Assembly: GCA_045587165.1 (NCBI GenBank)
Contig: JAZNBT010000020.1
Coordinates: forward strand, 20,603 to 84,602
Source: Alphaproteobacteria bacterium
GTDB taxonomy: Bacteria; Pseudomonadota; Alphaproteobacteria; CAAGCB01; CAG-977
Reading direction: 5' to 3'
DNA: 64,000 nucleotides
The position numbers were made by a program, and so were the translations under genes. The notes beneath the pieces are model-generated. The model saw only the letters and a list, made by a program, of their open reading frames with translations, was not told the origin of the DNA and did no database searches. This document shows, piece by piece, positions 48,213 to 58,725 of the stretch. Position 1 is the first letter of the stretch; each line of letters starts with the position of its first letter.

Positions 48213-48737
48213 AATTTCCGAAGAACCTGATTTAATCAGGTTCTTTTTTTTATCTTTTTTCATTCGCCATAGTGTAAACGCGTAAAGGGAAATGTTTGTC
48301 ATATCTTCGATAACCCCTCCGACGGAGCCTCCGGCGATATCGTGAACAAGCCATAAAAAACAGCAAAAGAGAAAGCATATTCTTAATTTTGTCCCGCCGG
48401 AATAGGCGGCGAAGAATGTTGCTATGACGACGGCAGCGACGGGCAACAGGCTGTATACGTTTTTATAGCTGTAATATCCTGAAATTAAAGCAATTGCCGC
48501 AAACGGATAAGCAATAATAGCTCCTTTAAAGTAAATATTCAGATACATACGCAATCCGACGATCACTTTAGACAGGCATGCGCTGAAATTTCCCAATAAG
48601 AAATGATGAATACCGAATAAAAGGGCGGATACGGCGAACAACAGAAACAACTTTTTATCGTTTTTTTGCAAAGCTCCCGCCAAAGACAGGGTATAAGCCA
48701 CATATCCCAGAATTTGAGGGAAAGATAAAAAATCCAT
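48189..48737 (-). CDS. Inner-membrane protein (YgjV-like), last gene of the his-like/UbiA block
   Basis: 182 aa, 5-6 TM segments, no motif. Confidence 0.45.
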   Translation of the reverse strand: MDFLSFPQILGYVAYTLSLAGALQKNDKKLFLLFAVSALLFGIHHFLLGNFSACLSKVIVGLRMYLNIYFKGAIIAYPFAAIALISGYYSYKNVYSLLPVAAVVIATFFAAYSGGTKLRICFLFCCFLWLVHDIAGGSVGGVIEDMTNISLYAFTLWRMKKDKKKNLIKSGSSEILQQKRTA

Positions 48738-48747
48738 TTTTTAGCTT

Positions 48748-49509
48748 TCAGATTAATCGGACGTCGATATCTCGCCGATGCAGGGCCTGTTTCAAATCCG
48801 GAACGGGCAATGTTCCGTAGTGGAAAATTGAAGCGGCCAGTGCGGCGTCGGCATGCCCTTTTGTAAACACGTCGACGAAATGTTCGGGATCCGGACCGGC
48901 TCCGCCCGAAGCGATGACCGGCAAATTGGTGTTTTGAGAAACCAAAGCGGTTAATTCCAAATCGAAACCTTTTTGCGTGCCGTCGGCGTCCATGGACGTT
49001 AACAGGATTTCTCCCGCTCCCAAAGTTTCTATTTCTTTAACCCAATCAAGGACTTTTTTATCTGTTTTTTTCTGTCCCGCATTTGTGACAACGTAAAAAT
49101 CGTTGTCAAAACGTTTCGCGTCGACTGCGATAACGACACATTGAGATCCGAATTGTCCGGCTGCTTGCTTGATCAGTTGCGGATTCATGACGGCCGCGGT
49201 GTTTAATGAAACTTTGTCCGCGCCGGCCAATAACAAAACGCGGATGTCTTCAATCGTTTTAATGCCTCCCCCTACGGTAAAAGGAATAAAGACTTCTTTT
49301 GCGACGCGTTCCACCACGTCCAGCATGGTTTTTCGCCCGTCGTTTGTCGCCGTAATATCCAAAAACACCAGTTCGTCCGCTCCTTCTTGCGAATATTTTC
49401 TCGCCAAAGAAACCGGATCGCCGGCATATTTTAAATTTTCAAAGTTTATTCCTTTAACGGTTTGGCCGTCTTTGACGTCCAGACAAGGGATAATACGTTT
49501 TGTCAGCAT
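48748..49509 (-). CDS. hisF: Imidazole glycerol phosphate synthase cyclase subunit HisF (or HisF-like paralogue)
   Basis: (beta/alpha)8 HisF signature MLTKRIIPCLDVKDG...GADKVSLNTAAV...GAGEILLTSMDADGT. Confidence 0.88.
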   Translation of the reverse strand: MLTKRIIPCLDVKDGQTVKGINFENLKYAGDPVSLARKYSQEGADELVFLDITATNDGRKTMLDVVERVAKEVFIPFTVGGGIKTIEDIRVLLLAGADKVSLNTAAVMNPQLIKQAAGQFGSQCVVIAVDAKRFDNDFYVVTNAGQKKTDKKVLDWVKEIETLGAGEILLTSMDADGTQKGFDLELTALVSQNTNLPVIASGGAGPDPEHFVDVFTKGHADAALAASIFHYGTLPVPDLKQALHRRDIDVRLI

Positions 49510-49519
49510 GGCGGTCTCC

Positions 49520-50104
49520 TTATCCTTCTATCCAACGGCGAATTGTTTCATGCCCCGTTTGTCCGCTTTTTTCAGGATGAAATTGTGTCGCGGTGATGTT
49601 TTCGATCTGAACGGCGGCCGTGAAGGGAATATGATATTCGGCGGTTGCCGAAACAACGGCCGGATCGTCACAGACAACGTGATAAGAATTGACGAAGTAA
49701 TAAAAATCTTCGTTTAAAAAAGTGTTGGCTTTTGTCGTGTTGATTTTATTCCAGCCGATTTGCGGAATTTTTCCTTGTGTGAAACGGATGTTTTTTCCTC
49801 TTAATATTCCCAGTCCGTTTACGCCCGGCGCTTCTTCCGAAGAGTCGAATAAAACCTGCAAGCCGACGCATATGCCCAAGAAAGGAACACCGCTTGAAAT
49901 CGTACGGCGCAAAGGTTCGGCCAGACCTTTAAATTTTAATGCTTCCATGACTTGTCCGAAATGACCTTGTCCGGGAAAGATCAATCTGTCGGCGTTGATA
50001 ATATCTTCGGCTTTGTCCGTGACGCGATACGGCAAACCGAATGAATCCAACATATTAACAACGCTTTTTAAATTGCCGCCGCCGTAATCCAGAATTGTCA
50101 GCAT
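49520..50104 (-). CDS. hisH: Imidazole glycerol phosphate synthase glutaminase subunit HisH (or HisH-like paralogue)
   Basis: Class I GATase with GICVGLQVLF (catalytic Cys) and a C-terminal HPE motif. Directly upstream of hisF, with no hisA between them. Confidence 0.85.
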   Translation of the reverse strand: MLTILDYGGGNLKSVVNMLDSFGLPYRVTDKAEDIINADRLIFPGQGHFGQVMEALKFKGLAEPLRRTISSGVPFLGICVGLQVLFDSSEEAPGVNGLGILRGKNIRFTQGKIPQIGWNKINTTKANTFLNEDFYYFVNSYHVVCDDPAVVSATAEYHIPFTAAVQIENITATQFHPEKSGQTGHETIRRWIEG

Positions 50105-50113
50105 GTTTCCTCC

Positions 50114-51010
50114 TTAAAAAACAGCCCGGCCATACATTAAAAACGCCATGTACAGTCCGTAAAACATAACCAAAAGCATTAAAATTTTGTCGGATGTCAA
50201 CACATCGACGGGATCTGCGTAAGTCTTTGTTTCAATGAGCAAACTGTAGCGCATGCAGATCAATAAAACCAACGGTACGGTCCAAATTCTGGCGTTTGAC
50301 GGATCGGGCATGACGGGAATGGGCGAAATGGCCCACAAAGCATAAAAAGCGATCGTCAGCGTTAAACACATATACATGTTTTTATCCAGAAATTCCGGTG
50401 TGTAGCTTTTCAGTACTCCGTTGATTTCCCGCTTGTCTTCCATTCTTTTCAAAAGTTCGTTGCGCCGTTTTCCCAATCCCAGATAAGCCGACATCGTCGT
50501 AACGGTCAAATACAGCCAAACGGAAACGGCTTCGTTAATTAAAAACGCACCGTAAAAGATTCTGATCAGAAAACCCGATACCAAAACGGCGATGTCGAGT
50601 AACGGAATGTGTTTTGCTTTAACGGAATAAAATACGTTAATCAAAAGGTATAACAACAGCAGTCCGGCCGGTTCAAAACTGTTTGACGCGATCGCATTTG
50701 TTCCGGCGGCCGTTAAAATTAAGCAACACAATATAATTTTTGCCGCCTTGGGCGTTACCGATCCGGCGGCCAAAGGTCTGCTTCTTTTTATTTCGTGCGC
50801 TTTATCCGTTTCAATATCGCGTAAATCATTAAATATATAAACAGCCGAGGCCGTAAAACTAAAAGCGACCCAACCGATTAAAGTTTTAAAAAAGTTGTTC
50901 GGATCCAACAGGTTGCCGCTGAAAATCAGCGGGGCAAAGACCAATACGTTTTTCAGCCAGTGTTTGGGCCGGCATAAACGTATCAGAGCGACAAGATTTG
51001 AAAAGGGCAT
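50114..51010 (-). CDS. UbiA-family prenyl-phosphate phosphoribosyltransferase-like protein (DPPR-synthase-like)
   Basis: 298 aa polytopic protein. The N-terminal RPKHWLKNVLVF resembles the DPPR-synthase RPRQWVKN motif. Asp-rich FNDLRDIETDKAH motif present. Confidence 0.65.
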   Translation of the reverse strand: MPFSNLVALIRLCRPKHWLKNVLVFAPLIFSGNLLDPNNFFKTLIGWVAFSFTASAVYIFNDLRDIETDKAHEIKRSRPLAAGSVTPKAAKIILCCLILTAAGTNAIASNSFEPAGLLLLYLLINVFYSVKAKHIPLLDIAVLVSGFLIRIFYGAFLINEAVSVWLYLTVTTMSAYLGLGKRRNELLKRMEDKREINGVLKSYTPEFLDKNMYMCLTLTIAFYALWAISPIPVMPDPSNARIWTVPLVLLICMRYSLLIETKTYADPVDVLTSDKILMLLVMFYGLYMAFLMYGRAVF

Positions 51011-51129
51011 TTATATCCTCCGCGGTTGACACAACATAACATTGTTTTTTTGAAAATGGAAGGGGCGCTTGTTCCGGCTTCTTGCGCTTTTAACAACAAA
51101 AAAGGATGCCTTTCGACATCCTTTTGATA

Positions 51130-51205
<76 letters not shown>

Positions 51206-51271
51206 GTAAACGTAAGAAAGTTATAGCCCCTTAATTTTTATTTTGCAATAAATTTTTAGAGCAAAAAACGA

Positions 51272-52399
51272 TTAATCCTTTTTTCCGATAATTAACAGAG
51301 GAACACACATTTCTTTTGCCGTCATGCCGGAATGATTTCCTTTAAAAAGGATAGGCGTTCTTTGTTGACTGAAATAGCGTAATGCTCTGGTACCGTAAGC
51401 GATCGCGACGAAATCGCCTAAAAAATCGGGAACCGTTCCGTGCATTTTGCCGTTACCCAAAATGCCGCTGTTTAAAAATTCGTCTTTGGTAAACAGACGA
51501 AAATCTTCGGAAAACAGGCGGTTGAAGTAATCCCGAAATGCCGTCAGGCAGTCTTTTTGAACAAAAAAAGTTATAAATCGGCTTTCCAGCGCCGGCGGTC
51601 GAATCAACATTTTGCAAAAATCCGGATAATCGTTTAAAGCGATTTCTTCAACATCGATTTGTCCGTGATCGGCCGTGATGATTAATAAGGAATCCTTCAG
51701 CCGATCCGATAAATTTTTTAAATTCGCGTCCAAATCCAGCAGAATGGCTTTGATTTCCGGAGCGTTCGTTCCGAGCTTATGAAGGCTGGCGTCGGGTTCT
51801 TTCCAATAAGCGGCAAACAGTTTCGGTTTGTCGTTTTGCTCGGATAAAAGCTGTATTCTTTGACATAATTGAGCGAATGTTTCCCTTTTGTCTTTTTCGA
51901 GATTCGGGAAAACTTTATGAAATTCGATATGCGGATTAACAGCGGTTATCTTTTCATAAATCGTTTCATATTTCAGAATGTCCGTCGCCGGCGGCGGGGT
52001 CTTTAATTTTTCGCCGCTGTAACAGTCGGTATTCGGAAACGTTTCGATGATTCTGTCGTACTGTTTATAATAACACGACCATCCCAGCCATCCGCTTTCA
52101 AGCGGCGTCATTCCAGAATGGCACGCCGTCGTCGCGGCCGTTGTCGTCGGCGGAAAAACGGAAAATATTTCGGCGGATATGTGTTGACGTATAAAACTTG
52201 ATTCCGGTAAATGCTTTTCGATTAAATCCGTTCCCATGCCGTCCAGAATCATGAAAATGACGTTTTTGTAATTTTTGTTCAGATGATCGTCCAACAGCTT
52301 TAAAGAAGGATGATATGTCTTTGCCCGATAATATTTAAGCAAAGAATTGCTGACCGAAACCAGACTGTTGTCATAATCGAAATCAAAAGTTTTTTTCAT
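51272..52399 (-). CDS. Alkaline-phosphatase-superfamily protein (type I phosphodiesterase / nucleotide pyrophosphatase-like)
   Basis: 375 aa with the metal-site motifs MILDGMG and ITADHGQ characteristic of the AP/ENPP core. Confidence 0.62.
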   Translation of the reverse strand: MKKTFDFDYDNSLVSVSNSLLKYYRAKTYHPSLKLLDDHLNKNYKNVIFMILDGMGTDLIEKHLPESSFIRQHISAEIFSVFPPTTTAATTACHSGMTPLESGWLGWSCYYKQYDRIIETFPNTDCYSGEKLKTPPPATDILKYETIYEKITAVNPHIEFHKVFPNLEKDKRETFAQLCQRIQLLSEQNDKPKLFAAYWKEPDASLHKLGTNAPEIKAILLDLDANLKNLSDRLKDSLLIITADHGQIDVEEIALNDYPDFCKMLIRPPALESRFITFFVQKDCLTAFRDYFNRLFSEDFRLFTKDEFLNSGILGNGKMHGTVPDFLGDFVAIAYGTRALRYFSQQRTPILFKGNHSGMTAKEMCVPLLIIGKKD

Positions 52400-52409
52400 G
52401 AGAGCTCCT

Positions 52410-53636
52410 TTACAACGGAGGAAGTTCTTCCCCGTTTTTCAAACGTTCCGCGTATTCGACGGTTGCCGCAAACAAAACGTCGCCGGATGAATTTAAGGCG
52501 GTTTCGACGGAATCCTGAATAACACCCAAAGTAAAACCGACGGCGACGATCTGCATGGCGATGTCGTTGCCTATTCCGAATAAAGAACAGGCAAGTGGAA
52601 TCAACAAAATGGATCCGCCCGCTACGCCGGATGCCCCGCATGCGCTTAAAGCCGCAAGAATGCTCATAATGACGGCGGTCGGTAAGGTGACTTCTATTCC
52701 CAACGTATGTGCGGCGGCCATTGCCATAACCGTGATTGTTACGGCCGCTCCGTCCATGTTAATGGTGGCGCCCAACGGAATGGAAACGGAATAAACGTCT
52801 TTATCCAATTTTAATTCTTCGCATAATTCCATATTGACGGGAATGTTCGCCGCGGAGCTTCTGGTAAAGAAAGCCGTAATTCCGCTTGATTTCAAACACT
52901 TGAAAACCAACGGATACGGATTCCGGCGCAAATGGAAAAACACAAGCAACGGATTGACGACCAGCGCAACCAAAATCATTGTACCGACCAATAATCCCAA
53001 TAATTGTCCGTAGGTGGTGAAAATGCTCAATCCGTTTTGAGAAACGGTCGAAAAAACAATGCCCATGATGCCGATCGGGGCGAAATTGATAATCCAGCGG
53101 ACAACGATCGTTAAGGCTTCGGACAATTCGGAAACGGTTTTTTTTGTTTCGTCACCGGCCACCTTTTTCAAAGCGATGCCGAAAAGAACCGCCCAACACA
53201 GAATCCCGATATAATTTGCGGATAATAAAGCGTTTACGGGATTGTCGATCAGGCGTGACAATAGGGAAAGCGTAATTTCTTTTAATCCTCCGGGGGCGTT
53301 TTCTCGGGCCGCTTGAATGAACTGCATTTTGACGGGAAAGGCAAAACTGGTAATGACGGCGACAACGGCTGCGGAAAAAGTGCTGAAAAGATATAGAAAA
53401 ATAATTTTTCGCAGTTGTCCCGTATGATTCCCCTGCGCATTGACCAGAGCGCTCATAACCAACAGTAAAACAAGCACGGGCGCGACGGATTTCAATGCAT
53501 TGATAAAGAGTGATCCCGGTAAGGCGATAATGCCCGCTTCAGGCAGAAGAAGGCCGAACAAAGTCCCGATCAACAAACCGGTAATAATGCGTCCGACCAA
53601 CCCGATTTTACGGAAAAAAGCGATAGTTTCTTTCAT
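52410..53636 (-). CDS. Dicarboxylate/amino acid:cation symporter (DAACS; SstT/GltP-like)
   Basis: 408 aa polytopic protein with DAACS features, including a re-entrant-loop Ser/Thr-rich motif (AFFTRSSAANIP) and a conserved C-terminal region. Confidence 0.78.
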   Translation of the reverse strand: MKETIAFFRKIGLVGRIITGLLIGTLFGLLLPEAGIIALPGSLFINALKSVAPVLVLLLVMSALVNAQGNHTGQLRKIIFLYLFSTFSAAVVAVITSFAFPVKMQFIQAARENAPGGLKEITLSLLSRLIDNPVNALLSANYIGILCWAVLFGIALKKVAGDETKKTVSELSEALTIVVRWIINFAPIGIMGIVFSTVSQNGLSIFTTYGQLLGLLVGTMILVALVVNPLLVFFHLRRNPYPLVFKCLKSSGITAFFTRSSAANIPVNMELCEELKLDKDVYSVSIPLGATINMDGAAVTITVMAMAAAHTLGIEVTLPTAVIMSILAALSACGASGVAGGSILLIPLACSLFGIGNDIAMQIVAVGFTLGVIQDSVETALNSSGDVLFAATVEYAERLKNGEELPPL

Positions 53637-53784
53637 TATGAAACCTTTTTATTAAAACGTTTGTTTTTACTATATAAAAATCGCTTTGTTTTGCAAAAGA
53701 AAAGATCAAATTCACCGCTCTTTATTTAAAACTGTACAAATTTTTTTTTGCGGCCTATATTTCCCGAAACCTAAGGAGTAGAGC

Positions 53785-55143
53785 ATGCTTTTTAAAACAA
53801 AAGATATTGACATGATCAACGGGCCGTTGTTGTCGTCAATGCTTTTATTTGCATTGCCTGTTATGGCGTCCAGTATATTGCAGCTGTTTTTTAATGCGGC
53901 GGATGTCATTGTCGTCGGTCATTTCGGATCGACATATTCTTTGGCGGCGATCGGATCTACAACGACGTTGGTCAGTCTTTTAACCAATTTTTCAATCGGT
54001 TTGAGTATCGGGACGAATGTTTTGGCCTCTCGCTGTCTGGGAGCTAGAAATTTTAAAACGCTGCGTCGTGTCGTTCATACTTCGATTTCGTTGGGGACGG
54101 TGATCGGCATTCTGCTTTGTGCCGTCGGTCTGCTTTTTTCCGAACGGGTTTTAATTTTGATGCGAACGCCCGAAAGCGTTTTGCCGTTATCGGTCTTATA
54201 TACGCGTATTTACTTTATCGGTATGTTGCCGATGGCAATTTATAATTTCGGCGCAGCTATTTTATATGCAAACGGAGAAACTAAAAAACCTTTGTTGTTT
54301 TTGGTTGTTTCCGGCATAACAAATGTGCTTTTAAACCTGATTTTTGTGATTTTTTTTCATATGGATGTAGCAGGTTTGGCTTGGGCAAGCGTTATTGCAC
54401 AAACATTGACGATGGTTTTGGTTTTGGTTTCTTTAGCACGGCGGCGGGACTCTTCCAGAATTTATTTAGGCGGACTTCTGTTAAATCGGGAAATTTCTTG
54501 GAATATGCTGAAATTGGGAATTCCGGCCGGATGCCAATGCTTTGTTTTTTCATTGTCTAATATGGTCGTTCAATCGGCGGTGAATTCTTTCGGGCCGGCG
54601 TATATGGCCGGAACGGCGGCATCGCAAAACATTGACTGTTTTATTTGGGTCAGTATGAACGCTTTTCTGCCGACGACGACAACGTTCGTCAGCCGTAACG
54701 TCGGGGCTAAAAATTATTCAAGAATCCATCGTATTACGGGTTGCGCTTTAATGTGTGCCGGAATTACGGGGATTGTATTGGGGTGGTCGGCGGTCTTTTT
54801 CGGAAAAACGCTTTTGGGAATTTATACCGCCGATCCGGCTGCGATTACGGCGGGATTGATCCGGCTGCAGGTTGTCGGCGTTCCCTACGCTTTGTGCGGA
54901 TTTATGGATGCGATGGTCGGAGCTTTGCGCGGTATGGGATCATCTTTGTTGCCGGCTGTCGTTTCTTTGATCGGGGCATGCGGATTGAGGGTGGTTTGGA
55001 TCACGACGATTTTTCAAAAGCCGCAATACCATACGTTTGATTTTTTATTCTTATCGTATCCGATTTCATGGTTTGTCACGTTTGTTACGCTTTGTACGGC
55101 ATATTATTTTGTATACGGAAGGTGTTTGAAAAACAATTCCTGA
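53785..55143 (+). CDS. MATE-family efflux transporter
   Basis: 452 aa, 12 TM, duplicated MatE-like halves. Confidence 0.82.
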   Translation: MLFKTKDIDMINGPLLSSMLLFALPVMASSILQLFFNAADVIVVGHFGSTYSLAAIGSTTTLVSLLTNFSIGLSIGTNVLASRCLGARNFKTLRRVVHTSISLGTVIGILLCAVGLLFSERVLILMRTPESVLPLSVLYTRIYFIGMLPMAIYNFGAAILYANGETKKPLLFLVVSGITNVLLNLIFVIFFHMDVAGLAWASVIAQTLTMVLVLVSLARRRDSSRIYLGGLLLNREISWNMLKLGIPAGCQCFVFSLSNMVVQSAVNSFGPAYMAGTAASQNIDCFIWVSMNAFLPTTTTFVSRNVGAKNYSRIHRITGCALMCAGITGIVLGWSAVFFGKTLLGIYTADPAAITAGLIRLQVVGVPYALCGFMDAMVGALRGMGSSLLPAVVSLIGACGLRVVWITTIFQKPQYHTFDFLFLSYPISWFVTFVTLCTAYYFVYGRCLKNNS

Positions 55144-55195
55144 CAACAGTATCCGGCTGCGACAGTATCGAATTTCGTAGATTCTGTATAAAAAA

Positions 55196-55222
55196 TTAAC
55201 GGCGTGAAACACGCCGTTAAAA
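55196..55222 (-). terminator. Intrinsic terminator for the minus-strand histidine-phosphatase gene (in the convergent gap)
   Basis: Hairpin taacggcgtg-aaa-cacgccgtta, followed by a U-run in the minus sense (AATTTTTTAT). Confidence 0.55.
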
Positions 55223-55246
55223 ATGAAGATTCCTTGGAAAGCTACA

Positions 55247-55861
55247 TTAAACGAATTTGAAAGCTTTAACGTTCCATTCTTTTGCCGTCCAAGTGTCGTT
55301 TTCAAAAGTAAATACGCAAACGCCTCCGGTAGCGACTTTGATGTCGTGTTCGGCGCAGAAAGCGTCATAATCGACCGTGATGTGCGGAGCGAAACGGATA
55401 ACGCCGTTTGAAGATACCGCCAAAACGGTTTCTCCGTCTTGGATTGAAGCGGCAAAGTCTTTCCAAACGTTAGCCAACTTTTCGGGGTCGACTTTCCAAC
55501 CGTTCGGGACGATCGCTTTAGCGTTCCACAAATCAATGGCGTCCTGACCGATACGTGCGATGACTTCGTCTTCCGTTTTGTTTTCATCAGGGCCGTAATT
55601 GATTTCCGTAAAGTCGTTTAAAGGTTCGACTGTTCCGGCAAAGCCTAATTCTTCAGCGGCCAATTTTGCCGTTTCCATCGTGCGCTTTAACGGAGCTGCG
55701 TATATCTTTGTCGGAACGTAACCGTTCTTTTTTAAATACTTGCCAACGCCGCGGGCGCGTTCTTCCTCGACCAAAGGCAGATCTGTTTTGGCGCCGACGC
55801 GGGTCGGGGTCTCTCCGGGACGGAAAGTGTTGCCATGACGGGCGATAATCAATGTTTTCAT
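55247..55861 (-). CDS. Histidine-phosphatase (phosphoglycerate-mutase-like) family protein
   Basis: N-terminal RHG motif (LIIARHGNT) and a conserved downstream region (PLKRTMETA). Confidence 0.7.
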   Translation of the reverse strand: MKTLIIARHGNTFRPGETPTRVGAKTDLPLVEEERARGVGKYLKKNGYVPTKIYAAPLKRTMETAKLAAEELGFAGTVEPLNDFTEINYGPDENKTEDEVIARIGQDAIDLWNAKAIVPNGWKVDPEKLANVWKDFAASIQDGETVLAVSSNGVIRFAPHITVDYDAFCAEHDIKVATGGVCVFTFENDTWTAKEWNVKAFKFV

Positions 55862-55888
55862 TCGTTTTGCCTTATATAAAAATGAGCC

Positions 55889-56710
55889 TTAAACCAATTC
55901 ACCGTATTCGGCGATAATCGCTTCTACGCGGGCGACGTCTTCGGGAGAATCTACGCCGCTGGTTGTTTTGCGGCCGCCGTAATCGACTTCGACCATTTTG
56001 ATTTTGCGTCCGTTATACATGTAACGCATCTGTTCCAGTCCTTCAATCATGTCTGCTTCATAAGGAGAGACGGGCATTTCAAAATAAGACTTCAGAGCGT
56101 CGTAAGTATAAGCATATAAACCGACGTGACGGCGAACGGGGCTTTTTTCAAGCGTTTCGCGCGCTTTTTCGGATTTACGAACGGCCGGAATGACGTTCTT
56201 TGAAAATGCCAGAGCGTATCCATCTTTATTAACCAAAACGGTCGTACCGGAATAAGGTGTTGTTTTCTTTGCTTCGATCAGACGATCGTATTCGTTCCAA
56301 TCCAAATGAACGCAAGGCGTGAACACGTCAGCGGGAAATGCTTTCCAGGCATCAATCAGGTTTTGCAACAAATGCGGCGGACATAAAGGATTGTCGCCTT
56401 GCAAATTGATAACGAAGGCCGGCTGTTCGGCTTCTTTTTGTACGGCGTCCCAACAACGTTCCGTTCCGGAGCGGCAGGTGTCTGCGGTCATTACGGCAGG
56501 AATACCCTGTTCCGCGCAAAAATCCATGATTCGTTGGTCGTCCGTGGCAACTTTGTAAGCGGCATTGTCGTTGTGATCGCAAACATATTGAGCAATCATG
56601 GCAACGCGTTTGATCATTTCAATGCCGGCGATTTTAACCAAAGGTTTTCCGGGCAGACGCGAAGATTGATAACGAGCGGGAATGATAATTAAAATTTTAT
56701 CGTTTGTCAT
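55889..56710 (-). CDS. kdsB: 3-deoxy-manno-octulosonate cytidylyltransferase (CMP-Kdo synthetase)
   Basis: N-terminal IIIPARYQSSRLPGKPL nucleotidyltransferase motif and family-typical length. Confidence 0.85.
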   Translation of the reverse strand: MTNDKILIIIPARYQSSRLPGKPLVKIAGIEMIKRVAMIAQYVCDHNDNAAYKVATDDQRIMDFCAEQGIPAVMTADTCRSGTERCWDAVQKEAEQPAFVINLQGDNPLCPPHLLQNLIDAWKAFPADVFTPCVHLDWNEYDRLIEAKKTTPYSGTTVLVNKDGYALAFSKNVIPAVRKSEKARETLEKSPVRRHVGLYAYTYDALKSYFEMPVSPYEADMIEGLEQMRYMYNGRKIKMVEVDYGGRKTTSGVDSPEDVARVEAIIAEYGELV

Positions 56711-56790
56711 AAATGTCCTCCGTGACGATGTGTTTAATCGAAAGTTTAGTCCGCGTTGAAAAAGAAGTCAATTATCCCGATTTACAATGA

Positions 56791-58110
56791 TTATATTCTT
56801 TTTCCGAACAGGTCGTATTCGTCCGCATCAGTAATTTCGACGCTGACAAAATCGCCGACGGCTATCGGCTTTTGACAGGTAAAAAAGACTTTTCCGTCAA
56901 CATCGGGACCGTTGGAAAAGTCACGACCGAAAAACATGTCTTCTTCCGTATCGAAGCCTTCGCATAAAACGTCGCGTGTTTGTCCGATGCAATCCTGTTG
57001 ACAATTCAGGCTGATTTCGGCCTGCGCCGACATTAACGCGTCGAAACGTTCCTGTTTGACGGTGTCGTCGATTTGGTCGGTAAATTTAAATGCGGGCGTT
57101 CCTTCTTCGCGTGAATAAATAAAAGCTCCCAAGCGGTTGAACTTTGCTTTTTTGACAAAGTCGAGCAATTCGGCAAACTGTTCGTCCGTTTCACCCGGAA
57201 AGCCGATGATGACGGTCGTGCGGATGACAATGTTCGGAATTTCTCGCCGCAGTTTTTTAATGACCGATTGAATGTGCGCTTTATTTCCGTGACGGTTCAT
57301 GCGTTTCAATACGGCGTCGCTGATATGCTGAACGGGCATGTCGATATAAGGTAAAACGCGCGGATTATCGCGCATTTCCGCGATTAATTCGTCGGTAATT
57401 TTGTCCGGATAACAATAAAAAATTCTGATCCAGCGAAAATCGGTTTCTTCGCTTAAACGGTGCAACAACTCCGCTAAGGTGTTGTTGTTATACAGATCGA
57501 TTCCGTAGCGCGACGTATCTTCGGCTATCAGGTTTAATTCTTTTGCTCCGGCGTCTTCCAGATCTTGGGCTTCTTCAATAATGCTTTCAATGTCGCGGGA
57601 TCGATAACGGCCGCGGATTTTCGGAATGGCACAATAGGAACAGCGATTGTCGCAACCTTCGGATATACGCAGAAAAACGCCGGGATCGCTATCGGAAAGC
57701 ATGCGTTCGCCTTCGATCGGCGTTTGTTCGTAATCGTTAAACAGCTGATATTTCTCCGTTTCGAAAGATTTGTCGATGACATCGACAACCCGGTGTATGC
57801 CGCCCAATCCCGTGACGGCGTCGATTTCAGGCAACTCTTTTAACATCCTTTCTCGCCAACGTTCCGCCAGACAGCCGGTGACGATCAGCTTTTTCAGTTT
57901 TCCCGTTTTTTTTAATTTGGCGATTTCTTTGATCGTTTCGACAGATTCTTCTTTTGCGTCGCCGATGAAGCCGCAGGTATTGATTAAAATGACGTCGGCT
58001 TCACGGGCGTTTCCGGTGATTTCGTACCCCGCGTTGTCCAGATGGGCCAACATCATTTCCGTATCGATCGTGTTTTTTGAACACCCCAAAGAAATAAAAC
58101 CGATTTTCAT
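56791..58110 (-). CDS. rimO: Radical-SAM methylthiotransferase, RimO-like (MiaB family)
   Basis: N-terminal MTTase domain (MKIGFISLGCSKN...C...C), radical SAM CDNRCSYCAIP, C-terminal TRAM-like beta domain. About 440 aa from the M at 58110 (listed start 58137). Confidence 0.72.
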   Translation of the reverse strand: MKIGFISLGCSKNTIDTEMMLAHLDNAGYEITGNAREADVILINTCGFIGDAKEESVETIKEIAKLKKTGKLKKLIVTGCLAERWRERMLKELPEIDAVTGLGGIHRVVDVIDKSFETEKYQLFNDYEQTPIEGERMLSDSDPGVFLRISEGCDNRCSYCAIPKIRGRYRSRDIESIIEEAQDLEDAGAKELNLIAEDTSRYGIDLYNNNTLAELLHRLSEETDFRWIRIFYCYPDKITDELIAEMRDNPRVLPYIDMPVQHISDAVLKRMNRHGNKAHIQSVIKKLRREIPNIVIRTTVIIGFPGETDEQFAELLDFVKKAKFNRLGAFIYSREEGTPAFKFTDQIDDTVKQERFDALMSAQAEISLNCQQDCIGQTRDVLCEGFDTEEDMFFGRDFSNGPDVDGKVFFTCQKPIAVGDFVSVEITDADEYDLFGKRI

Positions 58111-58184
58111 AAAAACCTGCCGTTTAAGATTGATCACGCCGGTATAATGGAGCCCGCGGGACGGGAAGTCAAACCGTTAAACGT

Positions 58185-58601
58185 TCAATTCTGTTTTTTT
58201 TCTGATTTTACAAGATCTTTTAACGTGAATTCCTGCATTTGTTTTTTTATTTTTTTGTTTAAGGACGTCCATGTCTTGCATGCGGAACAGTCTTCCGATT
58301 TTTTGCAAAATGTTTTATCCAGAACACATTCAACGACGGAAACGGATCCTTCCATCGCTTCGATGATTTCCAATAATGTTATTTCCTTCGGCGGTTTGGC
58401 CAGTTGTAATCCGCCTTTTACGCCGCGCAAAGATGTAATCAGACCGGCATTGTTTAAATTTAAAATCAGGCGGCTGATGTACTTTTCGGAAATTTGTTGG
58501 GATTGTGCGATGTCTTTCATTTGTCTGGGGGCGTTTTTGGCGTATAACGCCAAATCCAGTAAAATGCGTAATCCGTAGCGTCCTTTTGTGGATATTTTCA
58601 T
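58185..58601 (-). CDS. Rrf2-family transcriptional regulator with a 3-Cys cluster (IscR/CymR-like)
   Basis: wHTH (TSLRGVKGGLQLAKPP) and C-terminal Cys residues (CKKSEDCSACKTW). Divergent from cysK. Confidence 0.78.
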   Translation of the reverse strand: MKISTKGRYGLRILLDLALYAKNAPRQMKDIAQSQQISEKYISRLILNLNNAGLITSLRGVKGGLQLAKPPKEITLLEIIEAMEGSVSVVECVLDKTFCKKSEDCSACKTWTSLNKKIKKQMQEFTLKDLVKSEKKQN

Positions 58602-58725
58602 GAGAGTCCTTTCTTTTGAATTGCTTATATCACGGTTTTGTTAAAAAATAAACACTACTTATCCGGTTGATTTTTGAGCGAAAGAAGCTCTAATATAATT
58701 AAGAAAATTATTTTAACGGGGAATT

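Noticed and set aside
48748-50104. hisH-hisF taken at face value as histidine biosynthesis
   Set aside because: Not rejected outright and kept as an alternative. The absence of hisA between them and the DPPR-synthase-like neighbour made me flag a possible hisH2/hisF2-type role instead. This cannot be resolved without the rest of the genome.
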